DNA of 64,000 nucleotides from a virus: positions 26,969 through 90,968 of IMG/VR virus record IMGVR_UViG_3300045988_095676. One strand, written 5' to 3'. This document shows, one piece after another, positions 35,849-45,010 of this stretch. The first letter of the stretch is position 1, and every line of letters begins with the position of its first letter. A program made the position numbers and the translations under genes. The notes under the pieces are model-generated. The model worked only from the letters and a program-made list of their open reading frames with translations, was not told where the DNA came from and did no database searches.

Positions 35849-36195
35849 AAAGAAAAATTAGAAGAACAGGAGAGATAATAGACGTAATCACTTTCAGTAG
35901 CTCAACTACAAGAAGCGACCATGACAGAATACAGTTCTATGGTGATAATGGGAATGTGATAAGTGAGAGTTTAAATTTTTATCTCGATACCCTTCCTGTA
36001 AATGACGAAAACAAAGATGTAGACTGGGAGCAACGTAGATTCGATCTTATCAAGGCTTATTCTATTGAGTTTGTTAAAGCACAAAATAGAAAAGGTGAAA
36101 TAGATTGCGGAGTATATGTACCAGATGTGGTGTCATGGTCTATAACTATAGCAGATAGAATCATAGAGGCGATGAGAGGAGTTAAAAATGCTTGA
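35845..36195 (+). CDS. hypothetical protein (116 aa)
   Basis: ORF track. Confidence 0.4.
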   Translation: MKRKIRRTGEIIDVITFSSSTTRSDHDRIQFYGDNGNVISESLNFYLDTLPVNDENKDVDWEQRRFDLIKAYSIEFVKAQNRKGEIDCGVYVPDVVSWSITIADRIIEAMRGVKNA

Positions 36196-37201
36196 TTTTA
36201 GAAAATACGAAAACGTACCTCGGTTTCAACTTGACCGCAGGCCGGGCAGGAGCCGACTGAAGCTAACCTGCCCAGCTTGCGGGAAAAGCCGGTGCCTCAC
36301 TCCTTATATTGATGTGGCAACAGGTCAGGTTGTTGGCAACGAGTTCGGAAGATGCGATCATGAACGGACTTGCGGTTACGATAAACGACCTACCGGCAAG
36401 GATGTAGGTGACAAAGATCTTTGGATTTCGGGAAACAAGTGTATAAGAGCTTATCGTCCTCCTGTAAATCCTGACGTTGTAAATTACATACCTTTTAGCG
36501 AGTTTGAGAGGACTGTGGTTCCAGACGATAGAAACACCGTATTTAGATTTTTATCGTCTCTATGGGGAAAAGAAAGGGTATCTGATGTGTTCAGAAGGTA
36601 TCATGTCGGAACAATGGACTTATGGGGATGGAAAGGGTGTTGTATATTCTGGCAGATAGACAAAGATTTTGTATGCAGAACCGGCAAGATCATGGACTTT
36701 TGTATAAAGACCGACAGCCAGGGGAATGAGATTGATGTAAAAAGAGTGAAAGAAAAAGACGGTGACAATGAGCGGCCTCATGTTATGTTTTATCACTCGT
36801 TGCATGCAAGGGACTTCTTGTTTAGACAATGCCTGTTCGGGGAGCATCTTCTAAGCCAGTATCCGGATAAGGTGGTTAATCTGGTGGAATCAGAAAAGAC
36901 GGCTATTATATGCGCTGTGAATAAACCGGATGAGTTATTTGTAGCTACCGGTGGGTTGCAGAATCTAAGACCGGAAGTGATAGATGTTTTAAAAGATAGA
37001 AAGACTGTAGCTTTTCCGGACAAAGGACAAGCATTTGAGACATGGAGTAAAAAGATAGATGGGATGATGATGAAGTCAAGGATAAAAGTATCAGACTATC
37101 TTCAAAATGTTGAAAATGTAGGAGACGGAGATGATGTGGCAGATTTGATAATTAGTAACAAAGTAAAAGAGAAATATTATGAGCCTGGACGTTTATATTA
37201 A
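36188..37201 (+). CDS. DNA primase (zinc ribbon + TOPRIM-like)
   Basis: N-terminal CPACG...CDHERTC zinc ribbon; LVESEKTAIICA ... TVAFPDKGQAF resembles the TOPRIM E and DxD regions. Confidence 0.45.
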   Translation: MLDFRKYENVPRFQLDRRPGRSRLKLTCPACGKSRCLTPYIDVATGQVVGNEFGRCDHERTCGYDKRPTGKDVGDKDLWISGNKCIRAYRPPVNPDVVNYIPFSEFERTVVPDDRNTVFRFLSSLWGKERVSDVFRRYHVGTMDLWGWKGCCIFWQIDKDFVCRTGKIMDFCIKTDSQGNEIDVKRVKEKDGDNERPHVMFYHSLHARDFLFRQCLFGEHLLSQYPDKVVNLVESEKTAIICAVNKPDELFVATGGLQNLRPEVIDVLKDRKTVAFPDKGQAFETWSKKIDGMMMKSRIKVSDYLQNVENVGDGDDVADLIISNKVKEKYYEPGRLY

Positions 37202-37532
37202 GAGCAAGAAGAAAGAAGAGGATCGTAAATGGGTTGCAAACATCACCCACAACATGAACAAGATGGCACAAAAAATATTCGTATCAGAAAACAAAGAAAC
37301 ACTATACGATTATGTTTGGAGACCGGAAGAATTGGGCAGGGAAATAGATACTAAGGAGATGGTGAAGATACTCACAAAAGGTATATATATTATGATCTCC
37401 AAGAGAAAGAGTCTTTTGAGATACGAACCAGAAAACGGATGGGGGTCTTATGATTCATTTCTTAAGTTTCTTATCAAATACAAAGAGGCGTGTGAAGATC
37501 ATCCGGGTTATATAATTGAAGCAAGTAGATAA
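37179..37532 (+). CDS. hypothetical protein (117 aa)
   Basis: ORF track. Confidence 0.4.
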   Translation: MSLDVYIKSKKKEEDRKWVANITHNMNKMAQKIFVSENKETLYDYVWRPEELGREIDTKEMVKILTKGIYIMISKRKSLLRYEPENGWGSYDSFLKFLIKYKEACEDHPGYIIEASR

Positions 37533-37794
37533 CAACATGGAAAATTATAAAAATACTTTAAATGAGGTAGTGGTGATCGAATCGTCACCAGAAACGTATT
37601 TTGTTTACGCTATTCGTAATGCTATTCGTATCTCTAAATGTGCGTATCCGACAGCCAAGAAAGTAATTTTCAAAAGAGAGGACGTAGAGGTAGAGATCTC
37701 AGAAATGGAAACTGAAAGCAGTTTGTATGAAAAGTTTAAAGAAAAACAAAAGAATAGGGTATGGAACTTAATGAGCGCCAACAACGGGTTTTAA
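37516..37794 (+). CDS. hypothetical protein (92 aa)
   Basis: ORF track. Confidence 0.4.
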   Translation: MKQVDNNMENYKNTLNEVVVIESSPETYFVYAIRNAIRISKCAYPTAKKVIFKREDVEVEISEMETESSLYEKFKEKQKNRVWNLMSANNGF

Positions 37795-38327
37795 GAGGCG
37801 AAATTTGTCCTTATTGCGGAAGAGAAACTGAGCTGGTAAATGCCGATAAAATATATAGCAGAAAAGGCTTAGGGATGGTTATGATGTGCAAACCATGCAA
37901 CGCTTATGTCGGTGTTCATGAATCAGGGCCGAATAAGGGAAAAGCTAAAGGCCGGCTTGCGGGGCCATCACTGAGGTCTCTTAAGATAAGAGTCCATGCC
38001 GAACTTGACAGATTATGGTCTACGCCGGAGGAACGGGAAAGGATGTATAAAGATTTATCTGAATTTCTATCTATACCGGAAGAGTACACACATATAGGTA
38101 TGTTTGGCGAGAAGACGATGGGAAAAGTCTTTCAGTTCTGTCATGTAAACAAAGAACGATCAGGTTCGAGAATAGAATGGCATAAGCCTGGAGATAAGTG
38201 CCCTAATAAGAACAATCAAATAGTGTCAGGAAGTAGCGCATGTAGAGGATGTCCTGAGTATCTCCATGATGAGAAAGATGGGTATGTCTGGTGTGATCCT
38301 GATATGAGCTACGGCAGGTTGAAATAG
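37761..38327 (+). CDS. multi-zinc-ribbon protein (188 aa)
   Basis: CPYCG..CKPCN and CRGCPEY..C motifs. Confidence 0.45.
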   Translation: MELNERQQRVLRGEICPYCGRETELVNADKIYSRKGLGMVMMCKPCNAYVGVHESGPNKGKAKGRLAGPSLRSLKIRVHAELDRLWSTPEERERMYKDLSEFLSIPEEYTHIGMFGEKTMGKVFQFCHVNKERSGSRIEWHKPGDKCPNKNNQIVSGSSACRGCPEYLHDEKDGYVWCDPDMSYGRLK

Positions 38328-38379
38328 GGCGCGAATTGCCTATCTTTGTGCTATTATTAATCAAAAAAAATATAAGCAC

Positions 38380-38658
38380 ATGGGCAGATCAACAGAGTAC
38401 TACAGGACTCATCCAGAAGCCAGGAAGAAAAAGGCTAAAAAGGACAAGGAGATAAATGCCAGACCGGAACAGAAAGCCAAACGCCGGGAGCTTGGTCGTA
38501 AAAACTACGAAACGGACAAGAAGAAGGGCAAGGGCTGGAGGAAAGGCAAGGATTGTTCTCATACCAAGAACGGTCTTAGGTATAAATCAGTAAAAGCTAA
38601 TAGGGGATCCAAGTCGGATACGAAAGGTGACAAAAATGCAAGAGGAGATAGCAAATAG
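38380..38658 (+). CDS. highly basic K/R-rich small protein (92 aa)
   Basis: About 40% K+R; overlaps the start of the helicase gene by 32 nt. Confidence 0.4.
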   Translation: MGRSTEYYRTHPEARKKKAKKDKEINARPEQKAKRRELGRKNYETDKKKGKGWRKGKDCSHTKNGLRYKSVKANRGSKSDTKGDKNARGDSK

Positions 38659-39736
38659 GATAGATATAAGAAGGATATTCAAGACCTCTAAACAAGTTAT
38701 GGAAGAGGCGTATGAGAATATCTTGAAATACAGGCGGGGAGAGCTTATCCCCGCTAAAACCGGATACGATTATATTGATGAGGCTTTGCTTGGAGGTATT
38801 TTCCCTCAGCATGCTATTGCCATAGGAGCCCGGCCATCTGTAGGTAAATCGTATGTGGCCCAAAAGATATTGGAAAATGTGATGAATCCGATGATCAACC
38901 CGCAAGCAGAAGATTATTTTCTTGTTAATTGCGAGTTCGAAATGAATCCTCAAGATCTTCTTCTTCGTAGAATGAGCCAGGATATGAAAAAGCGGGCTCC
39001 TGAAATATTAAGAAGGCAAGATTCTAATACAGTAGAAGAGATGAGGATGTTTGAAATCCTTCAAGGTGAAATCAGAAATAATATAATATACATCGATGCT
39101 CCGTGTACGGTAAAAGAGTTTGAGGCGGCTGTGTATCATATAGCTACCAAACATAAAGACAAACGTCTTATAATATTTAAAGTCGATCATATTGCTTTGA
39201 TAAAAAGAATGGGATTAGATCCTAAGTCGGCTATAGATGATTTGGTGGCGGTTATGAATGAGGCTAAATTAGTATATAAAAACATATTTTTCCTCATCAT
39301 ATCCCAATTCAACAGAGAGATAGAAGGAAGGATAAAAAGTCCACAAGAGCAGCCTCCGCGTCTTTCTGATTTTTACCAATCTGATACACTGGGTCAGTTA
39401 TGTACGTTAATGATAGGTTTGCATAATCCTCGTCGGTACGGGCTGGATAAGTATATGATATTTGGGAAAGACTGGTATCAGACTCTTGATCGGTTTAAAA
39501 CTGAAAACAAAACATCATTCAGAACAGCCGGACTGGTGTTTCATCATATACTGAAAGTAAGGCAGGTTAGCATGGAAGAGCTTACTAACACAATCCACCC
39601 AGAGATTCTGCCAGGACATGGATGGATGTACGGGGAGGGCGGGACGAAGTTCGTGAATCCCAACCAGCCGCCGACGCCGCCCAAGCTCTATACTGTGGAA
39701 GACGTTACGGATAATCAAGAACAGTCAGTATATTAA
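38627..39736 (+). CDS. DnaB-family replicative helicase (RecA-like C-terminal domain)
   Basis: Walker A GARPSVGKSY; Walker B IIFKVDHIALI; ISQFNREIE ... RLSDFYQSDTLGQLCTLMIGLHNP matches DnaB SQLnR and SDLReSG...ADlv motifs. Confidence 0.65.
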   Translation: MTKMQEEIANRIDIRRIFKTSKQVMEEAYENILKYRRGELIPAKTGYDYIDEALLGGIFPQHAIAIGARPSVGKSYVAQKILENVMNPMINPQAEDYFLVNCEFEMNPQDLLLRRMSQDMKKRAPEILRRQDSNTVEEMRMFEILQGEIRNNIIYIDAPCTVKEFEAAVYHIATKHKDKRLIIFKVDHIALIKRMGLDPKSAIDDLVAVMNEAKLVYKNIFFLIISQFNREIEGRIKSPQEQPPRLSDFYQSDTLGQLCTLMIGLHNPRRYGLDKYMIFGKDWYQTLDRFKTENKTSFRTAGLVFHHILKVRQVSMEELTNTIHPEILPGHGWMYGEGGTKFVNPNQPPTPPKLYTVEDVTDNQEQSVY

Positions 39737-39774
39737 AAAGGTAATAAAATTGAAATTTCAAATAGTAAAATTGA

Positions 39775-40968
39775 TTGATGAGATTGGTTGAAAAACATAT
39801 TATTAAAGATAACAGATTTGAAGATATTTGCCTCAAATCAGGATTGCTATATAATTATGTCTTGTATAATGCGCGTAAAGGTATCTTCAATAAAGAATAT
39901 CTGAATGAATATGAATTTTCAACCAAACTTTGTAGAGAAAATCAATTTGATTTCAGGAATTTGCCCACTTCTGTTTCTCAACAAGTAGTTGGCCAAGTTT
40001 TTAAAAATATAAAATCATGGATTAGACTCAAGAAGGATTTTGAAAACAATCCTTCCAAATACGATAATTGTTGTCCTCATCTACCTTCGTACAAGAAAGG
40101 CAAGAAACAGAACATGGTTGTGTTCACAACTTCTGCTTGTAGGCTAAAGAAGGATGGTTGTATTCATTTTGTTAAAAATATAATTCAACCAATTAAAACT
40201 GAAATAGGAGATAGTAAATTATGTCAGGTTAGAATCATTCCACAATCTACATGCTATGTGGTTGAAGTAATTTATGAAAAGAAAGAACATAATCTAAGTC
40301 TTGATAAGGATAATGTTCTTTCGATTGATTTAGGATTGAATAATTTATGTTCATGTATCAGCAATGCCGGATTGGTTCCTTTCATTGTAAACGGGCGGAT
40401 TATGAAATCTTTTAATCAGTGGTACAATAAGAGGAAAGCTAAGTTAATGTCTTATGTTGGAGGTAAGGGTACTTCTGAAAGACTTAGACAGCTAAATAAT
40501 TATAGGAATTTTTGGATAGAAGACTACATCCACAAGGTTAGTCGATATATTGTCAATTATTGTATTACTAACAACATTGGTAGTATCGTAATAGGTTTAA
40601 ATAAAGGATGGAAACAAAAGATTAATCTTGGAAAGAAGATTAATCAAAAGTTTGTTGAAATACCTTTTTCAAGACTTATAGACAAAATATCCTATAAATG
40701 TAAGTTGGTAGGTATCAGCTTTCAAATTAATGAAGAATCCTATACATCAAAGGTTGATCATTTAGCTTTTGAGAAATTAGGGAAGCATGATGTTTACTTA
40801 GGCAAAAGAAAGAAACGTGGATTATTCCAAAGCTCAGTTGGAAAGTTGTTAAATGCGGATATCAATGGAGCTATTGGGATAGGTAGAAAAGTATTCGGTG
40901 ATTCATTTGTAAACATGATAATCGATAGTGGGTTTGCGTTTAACCCGATTAGAGTAAACATTTTGTAA
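39775..40968 (+). CDS. TnpB-like (IS200/IS605 OrfB, Cas12 ancestor) protein with degenerate zinc finger and RuvC-II; nuclease-dead candidate
   Basis: RuvC-I VLSIDLGLNN, RuvC-III NADINGAIGIG and YTSK present. RuvC-II reads IVIG-LNKGW (Glu replaced by Gly, one residue shorter). The zinc-finger segment TSKVDHLAFEKLGKHDVYLGKRKKRGLFQSSVGK has no Cys. No TnpA nearby. Confidence 0.7.
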   Translation: MMRLVEKHIIKDNRFEDICLKSGLLYNYVLYNARKGIFNKEYLNEYEFSTKLCRENQFDFRNLPTSVSQQVVGQVFKNIKSWIRLKKDFENNPSKYDNCCPHLPSYKKGKKQNMVVFTTSACRLKKDGCIHFVKNIIQPIKTEIGDSKLCQVRIIPQSTCYVVEVIYEKKEHNLSLDKDNVLSIDLGLNNLCSCISNAGLVPFIVNGRIMKSFNQWYNKRKAKLMSYVGGKGTSERLRQLNNYRNFWIEDYIHKVSRYIVNYCITNNIGSIVIGLNKGWKQKINLGKKINQKFVEIPFSRLIDKISYKCKLVGISFQINEESYTSKVDHLAFEKLGKHDVYLGKRKKRGLFQSSVGKLLNADINGAIGIGRKVFGDSFVNMIIDSGFAFNPIRVNIL

Positions 40969-41011
40969 TATAGATGTGAATTTAATGAATAAAATTTAAA
41001 ATTTTAATAAC

Positions 41012-41614
41012 GTGAGACTTACAGTAGAAGAAAACGAATACCTGATAAGTAAGTTCCTTTTGGTTCTTACTGAGTTTGCAGGGGATGAAAGAGAGATGTT
41101 TTTAATCAACTCCATACATGATAAGGCGGTGGCGGATATGAATTATCGTCTTCCGTCTTTAATAAGCAGAGAACGTAAAAGACGAGTTATTGAACTCCTT
41201 AAAGAAGGAACCAGAATAATCAAGGACTTTTCCGGCTATGCAGGTGATATGGGTATGATTAACGAATACGATCGCCTAAAGAAAGAAATAGGAACCGTCC
41301 AAGATCAGCTTGGCGACGTAGAAGGTCAACTTCGGGCAGCAGGAGAAGTCATAAAAAAAGAACTTGATATGATTGCTGACCGAATCAAAGAAGATCTTCT
41401 TGACCGAGAGCTGGCTAAGAGTAATGCCGAGGCCGAAAGAAAAGCCAAAGTAGATCCGAGATATGAAGTAGCTTTAGGTGATTACAAGGAGATGCTGGAA
41501 GTGATTTTTACAACCAGAAACAAGTATTCTACGGTAGATTCTGTACATGACGATCTTCGACAGTCGGTATCTACCGGTAGAAATTCGATTATCAAAGAAG
41601 GGTACAACAGTTAA
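41012..41614 (+). CDS. hypothetical coiled-coil protein (200 aa)
   Basis: ORF track; non-ATG start. Confidence 0.4.
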   Translation: MRLTVEENEYLISKFLLVLTEFAGDEREMFLINSIHDKAVADMNYRLPSLISRERKRRVIELLKEGTRIIKDFSGYAGDMGMINEYDRLKKEIGTVQDQLGDVEGQLRAAGEVIKKELDMIADRIKEDLLDRELAKSNAEAERKAKVDPRYEVALGDYKEMLEVIFTTRNKYSTVDSVHDDLRQSVSTGRNSIIKEGYNS

Positions 41615-41629
41615 AAACAAGGAGGAAAT

Positions 41630-41839
41630 ATGGAAAAGAAGGAATTTAAAGTAGGAGAAGTGTTTGATGCCGGACTTGTGAGATTAAAATGTGTGGATGC
41701 TCCAGAGCCAGACTTAGGATGTGAAGGATGTATATTTAATGACCACATTACATGCGGGTCGGTAGATGTAGTCGCAGGCCCGTGTAATCACGTAGAGAGG
41801 GAGGATGGTAAGGATGTTATTTTTATTAAAGCTGATTAG
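41630..41839 (+). CDS. hypothetical protein (69 aa)
   Basis: SD AAGGAGG before the ATG. Confidence 0.45.
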   Translation: MEKKEFKVGEVFDAGLVRLKCVDAPEPDLGCEGCIFNDHITCGSVDVVAGPCNHVEREDGKDVIFIKAD

Positions 41840-41841
41840 GC

Positions 41842-42555
41842 ATGTACATCAATTTCAGACAACTTGCAGCATCAGACATGACTCCTAATGATCTGGCTAA
41901 TCTTCTTGCTATAAGACAGAAGGATACGGTTATGATCGAAGCCATGCTGGAAAAAGATGCTGGGAGGTATATAGAGCTTGGCCTGGTTGAGAAATTAAAA
42001 TCAGGCGTGATGAGATTGACCAACAAAGGAACGTCTTTTGTGAATTATATAGAGACACCGGAGATGACAGACGAGGTTCTGGAAACGTTGAAGATTATGA
42101 TAGGAATGTACGAATCGTATTCAAAAGACATAGGTGTCAGCAGAAAAGAAGCGGAATCCAGGTTGTGTTGGTTTATGGGTAACACCTCATTCAAGAAAGA
42201 GGTCATACTTCAGGTAACGGAATCTTATATAGCAGAGTCAGGAGATTATACAATGAGCTTATGTAACTTCATATGGAAACCGCCTTCTCAGGCCTTTTCG
42301 GTCCATATGAACCTTAAAAATTCAAAGCTCTTTGACTTAATAGCTGAAAAATTTAAGATCGCTACCGAGCCTTATTTGGAGTCTAAGAAGAATAAGGAAA
42401 TGGATTGGTTGTTTGCCGTATCTAAATTGCCTACGCCGCCGGCTAAAGGCAATCCGGATTATTTGTTTACCGGAAGTTCTGAAACAGACAAAGAGCGATT
42501 GAAAAACATAAAAACGTATTTATTTAACAAAATTAGAAAGCAATGGAAAAAGTAA
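41842..42555 (+). CDS. hypothetical protein (237 aa)
   Basis: ORF track. Confidence 0.45.
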   Translation: MYINFRQLAASDMTPNDLANLLAIRQKDTVMIEAMLEKDAGRYIELGLVEKLKSGVMRLTNKGTSFVNYIETPEMTDEVLETLKIMIGMYESYSKDIGVSRKEAESRLCWFMGNTSFKKEVILQVTESYIAESGDYTMSLCNFIWKPPSQAFSVHMNLKNSKLFDLIAEKFKIATEPYLESKKNKEMDWLFAVSKLPTPPAKGNPDYLFTGSSETDKERLKNIKTYLFNKIRKQWKK

Positions 42556-42794
42556 GAATCAGAAAGATAATAGAGGATATAATTATTACTCAGTTTCTTA
42601 ATTCGGAAATAGATATAGTTCATGAAGAAGATGTGACGTTTAAAGAACTTGGATTAGATTCTATCGATCAAATTGAACTGGAAGTGATGGTGGAACAAAA
42701 ATTCAATATTGTTATTAATGATTATGATATGGAGACCATCAAAGATATGACTGATCTTGTTTACAAAATAATAACAGAAGGATATGGGAAGTGA
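42543..42794 (+). CDS. acyl carrier protein-like (PP-binding) protein
   Basis: ELGLDSIDQIELEVMVEQKF matches the ACP LGxDSL phosphopantetheine-attachment motif; 83 aa, acidic. Confidence 0.55.
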   Translation: MEKVRIRKIIEDIIITQFLNSEIDIVHEEDVTFKELGLDSIDQIELEVMVEQKFNIVINDYDMETIKDMTDLVYKIITEGYGK

Positions 42795-43278
42795 CATAAT
42801 TTTATGCATGGCTTTAATAGCGTCATTTGCTTTTGTTATACAGTTTTTGTTGTCGATATTAGGATCTGATCTGGATACGGATATTGATATTGATGATGCT
42901 TCTGATTTAAGTATGTCTTTGTCGGACATCATATCATTCAAGGGCATAACACATTTTATTCTTGGATATAGCTGGACTACCTACTTTTCGGGTTCCCATT
43001 TAGTAGGGGTTGTGATAGGGTCGTTTTTCTTTATCGTTTTGTTTTACGTATATAAGTTACTTCTTAAGTTAAAGCAAGAAATGGTGTACGAATGTCCGGA
43101 AGATTTAAATGGCAGAGAGGTGGAGATAGTGTTTAGATCAGGGAAGAATCATTATATGGTAAATATTTCGAAAAATGGAAGACAGGAGCAAATGAGAGTA
43201 AGATGCTTGTCTGGAAAAACTTACAAAAACGGTGACAAGGTGAATATAAAATACGAAGAAGGAGAATTAATTATCTAA
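42784..43278 (+). CDS. NfeD-like membrane protein (short form)
   Basis: N-terminal hydrophobic helices plus a C-terminal beta-rich OB-like domain (REVEIVFRSGKNHYMVNI...GDKVNIKYEEGELII). Immediately precedes an SPFH/flotillin gene, as in bacterial NfeD-flotillin operons. Confidence 0.5.
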   Translation: MGSDIILCMALIASFAFVIQFLLSILGSDLDTDIDIDDASDLSMSLSDIISFKGITHFILGYSWTTYFSGSHLVGVVIGSFFFIVLFYVYKLLLKLKQEMVYECPEDLNGREVEIVFRSGKNHYMVNISKNGRQEQMRVRCLSGKTYKNGDKVNIKYEEGELII

Positions 43279-43309
43279 TTTTTTTATCAACAATTAAATT
43301 TTAAAAGTT

Positions 43310-45010
43310 ATGACAACAATTATGTACGTGTCAGCCATCTTAGCTGTAGTGATTATTTTGACAATCATCGGAGTCTTATCAAGGTATCGTAGATGTAAGC
43401 CTAATCAGGTCTTGGTCGTTTACGGTAAGACAGGTGGGGAAAAGAAGTCGGCAAAATTATATCATGGTGGAGCGGCATTTGTCTTGCCTATTATTCAAAG
43501 CTATGATGTTTTGTCTATGGAGCCTATGCAAATAGATTGTAGGCTTACCGGTGCTTTGTCATCTCAGAATATTAGAGTAGATGTGCCTACAACTATTACA
43601 GTAGCTATCAGTACAAATCCTGAAATCATGCAAAATGCAGCAGAAAGACTTTTGGGGATGGATACCGAATCTACTGAAAATCTTATTACAGACATCGTTT
43701 ACGGTCAGATGCGTTTGATTATTGCCGAAATGACAATCGAAAAACTTAATTCTGATAGGGATGAGTTTTTGGATAAGGCAAGAAAAAACATTGATAACGA
43801 ACTTAATAAATTGGGTCTTTATCTTTTGAACATTAACATCAGTGACATCAGAGATGAAGCCGGCTACATCATGAATCTTGGTAAAGAGGCTGAAAGCAAG
43901 GCTCTGAACGAAGCACAGGCTAATATCGAAGAACAGGAAAAGCTGGGTGCTATTAAGATTGCTGTACAACAGAAGGAAAAAGAAACGGCTGTAGCTAATA
44001 CCCAAAAAGAGCAAGAGATTCAAATTGCCTATACTGAAAAAGAAAAAGAAACGGTAGTAGCTGAAACAAAGAAAGAAAAAGAAGTAGCTTTGGCTTTAAC
44101 CGATAAAGAAAAACAGATCGGTGTAGCTCAAGCCGATAGAGATAGGGCTGCGGCTATAGCAAAGACTTTGGCTGACAAGGAATCAGCGATTGCAAGATCT
44201 AAGGCGGAACTTGAAGTAAACAAAGCTGAAGCCGAAAGAATGGAAGAAGTTGGAAAGAATAAAGCTGAAGCTGACAAACAAGCAGCTATAGCAATACAAG
44301 ACTCTGAAGCTCAGATTAAGAAAGCTGAGGCTGAGAAAAATGCTTCTGTAGGCTACAACAATGCCCAGAAAGAGGTTGCTGTATCAGAATCAGAATTGCA
44401 GGTTATCAAAGCTCAATCAGAAAAGAAAGCCGGAGAAGAGAAAGTTAAATCGGAAGCGGCTGTGAAAACGGCAAAAGAGCTTGCTGATAAAGAAGTGGAA
44501 GAAGCTAAAGCTAAGAAGGTTCAAGCTGCGCTTAAAGCTGAAAAGATTGTGCCGGCTGAAATTCAGAAGCAGGAGGCTATGTTGCAAGCTGATGCCGAGG
44601 CCGAGAAGATCAAACGCCGGGCCGATGCTGAAGCAGCAGCACATTTGGCAAAAGCAGAGGCGGAAGCAAAAGCTATTCAGATGAAGCTGGAAGCGGAAGC
44701 CGAAGGTAAGAAAAAGTCGTTGATGGCAGAAGCCGACGGATTTAAGGCTATGGTGGAAGCAGCAGAATCCAATCCTCAGATCGCCATCCAGTACAAGATG
44801 GTTAATCAGTGGAAAGAAATTGCCGGAGAACAGGTTAAGGCATTTGAGCACATTAACCTCGGAAATATCACGGTATTTGACGGCGGTCAGAACAGTACCG
44901 GTAATTTCCTTAACAATGTTGTTAAGACCGTCGCTCCGGCATTGGGAGTCATTGATCAGCTTCCGATTGCAGATACTTTAAAGAAGCTAAAAGGAGATGA
45001 CAAAAAATAA
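43310..45010 (+). CDS. flotillin-like SPFH/Band-7 protein (FloT/YqiK type)
   Basis: N-terminal TM helix; PNQVLVVYGKTGG...AAFVLPIIQSYDVLSMEP...IRVDV SPFH core; long Ala/Glu/Lys-rich coiled coil (AEAEKIKRRADAEAAAHLAKAEAEAK) typical of the flotillin C-terminus. Confidence 0.7.
   Translation: MTTIMYVSAILAVVIILTIIGVLSRYRRCKPNQVLVVYGKTGGEKKSAKLYHGGAAFVLPIIQSYDVLSMEPMQIDCRLTGALSSQNIRVDVPTTITVAISTNPEIMQNAAERLLGMDTESTENLITDIVYGQMRLIIAEMTIEKLNSDRDEFLDKARKNIDNELNKLGLYLLNINISDIRDEAGYIMNLGKEAESKALNEAQANIEEQEKLGAIKIAVQQKEKETAVANTQKEQEIQIAYTEKEKETVVAETKKEKEVALALTDKEKQIGVAQADRDRAAAIAKTLADKESAIARSKAELEVNKAEAERMEEVGKNKAEADKQAAIAIQDSEAQIKKAEAEKNASVGYNNAQKEVAVSESELQVIKAQSEKKAGEEKVKSEAAVKTAKELADKEVEEAKAKKVQAALKAEKIVPAEIQKQEAMLQADAEAEKIKRRADAEAAAHLAKAEAEAKAIQMKLEAEAEGKKKSLMAEADGFKAMVEAAESNPQIAIQYKMVNQWKEIAGEQVKAFEHINLGNITVFDGGQNSTGNFLNNVVKTVAPALGVIDQLPIADTLKKLKGDDKK

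Noticed and set aside
39775-40968. Active IS200/IS605-family insertion sequence
   Set aside because: No TnpA (Y1/HuH) gene, no recognisable subterminal hairpins, and the TnpB-like ORF lacks the zinc-finger cysteines and RuvC-II Glu. It is more consistent with a domesticated or derived gene.
43559-44851. Antisense and alternate-frame ORFs inside the flotillin gene (43559-44023 -, 44417-44851 -, 44481-44684 +)
   Set aside because: They are generated by the repetitive GAA/GCT/AAA coiled-coil codons. The sense frame carries a clear SPFH-flotillin signature.
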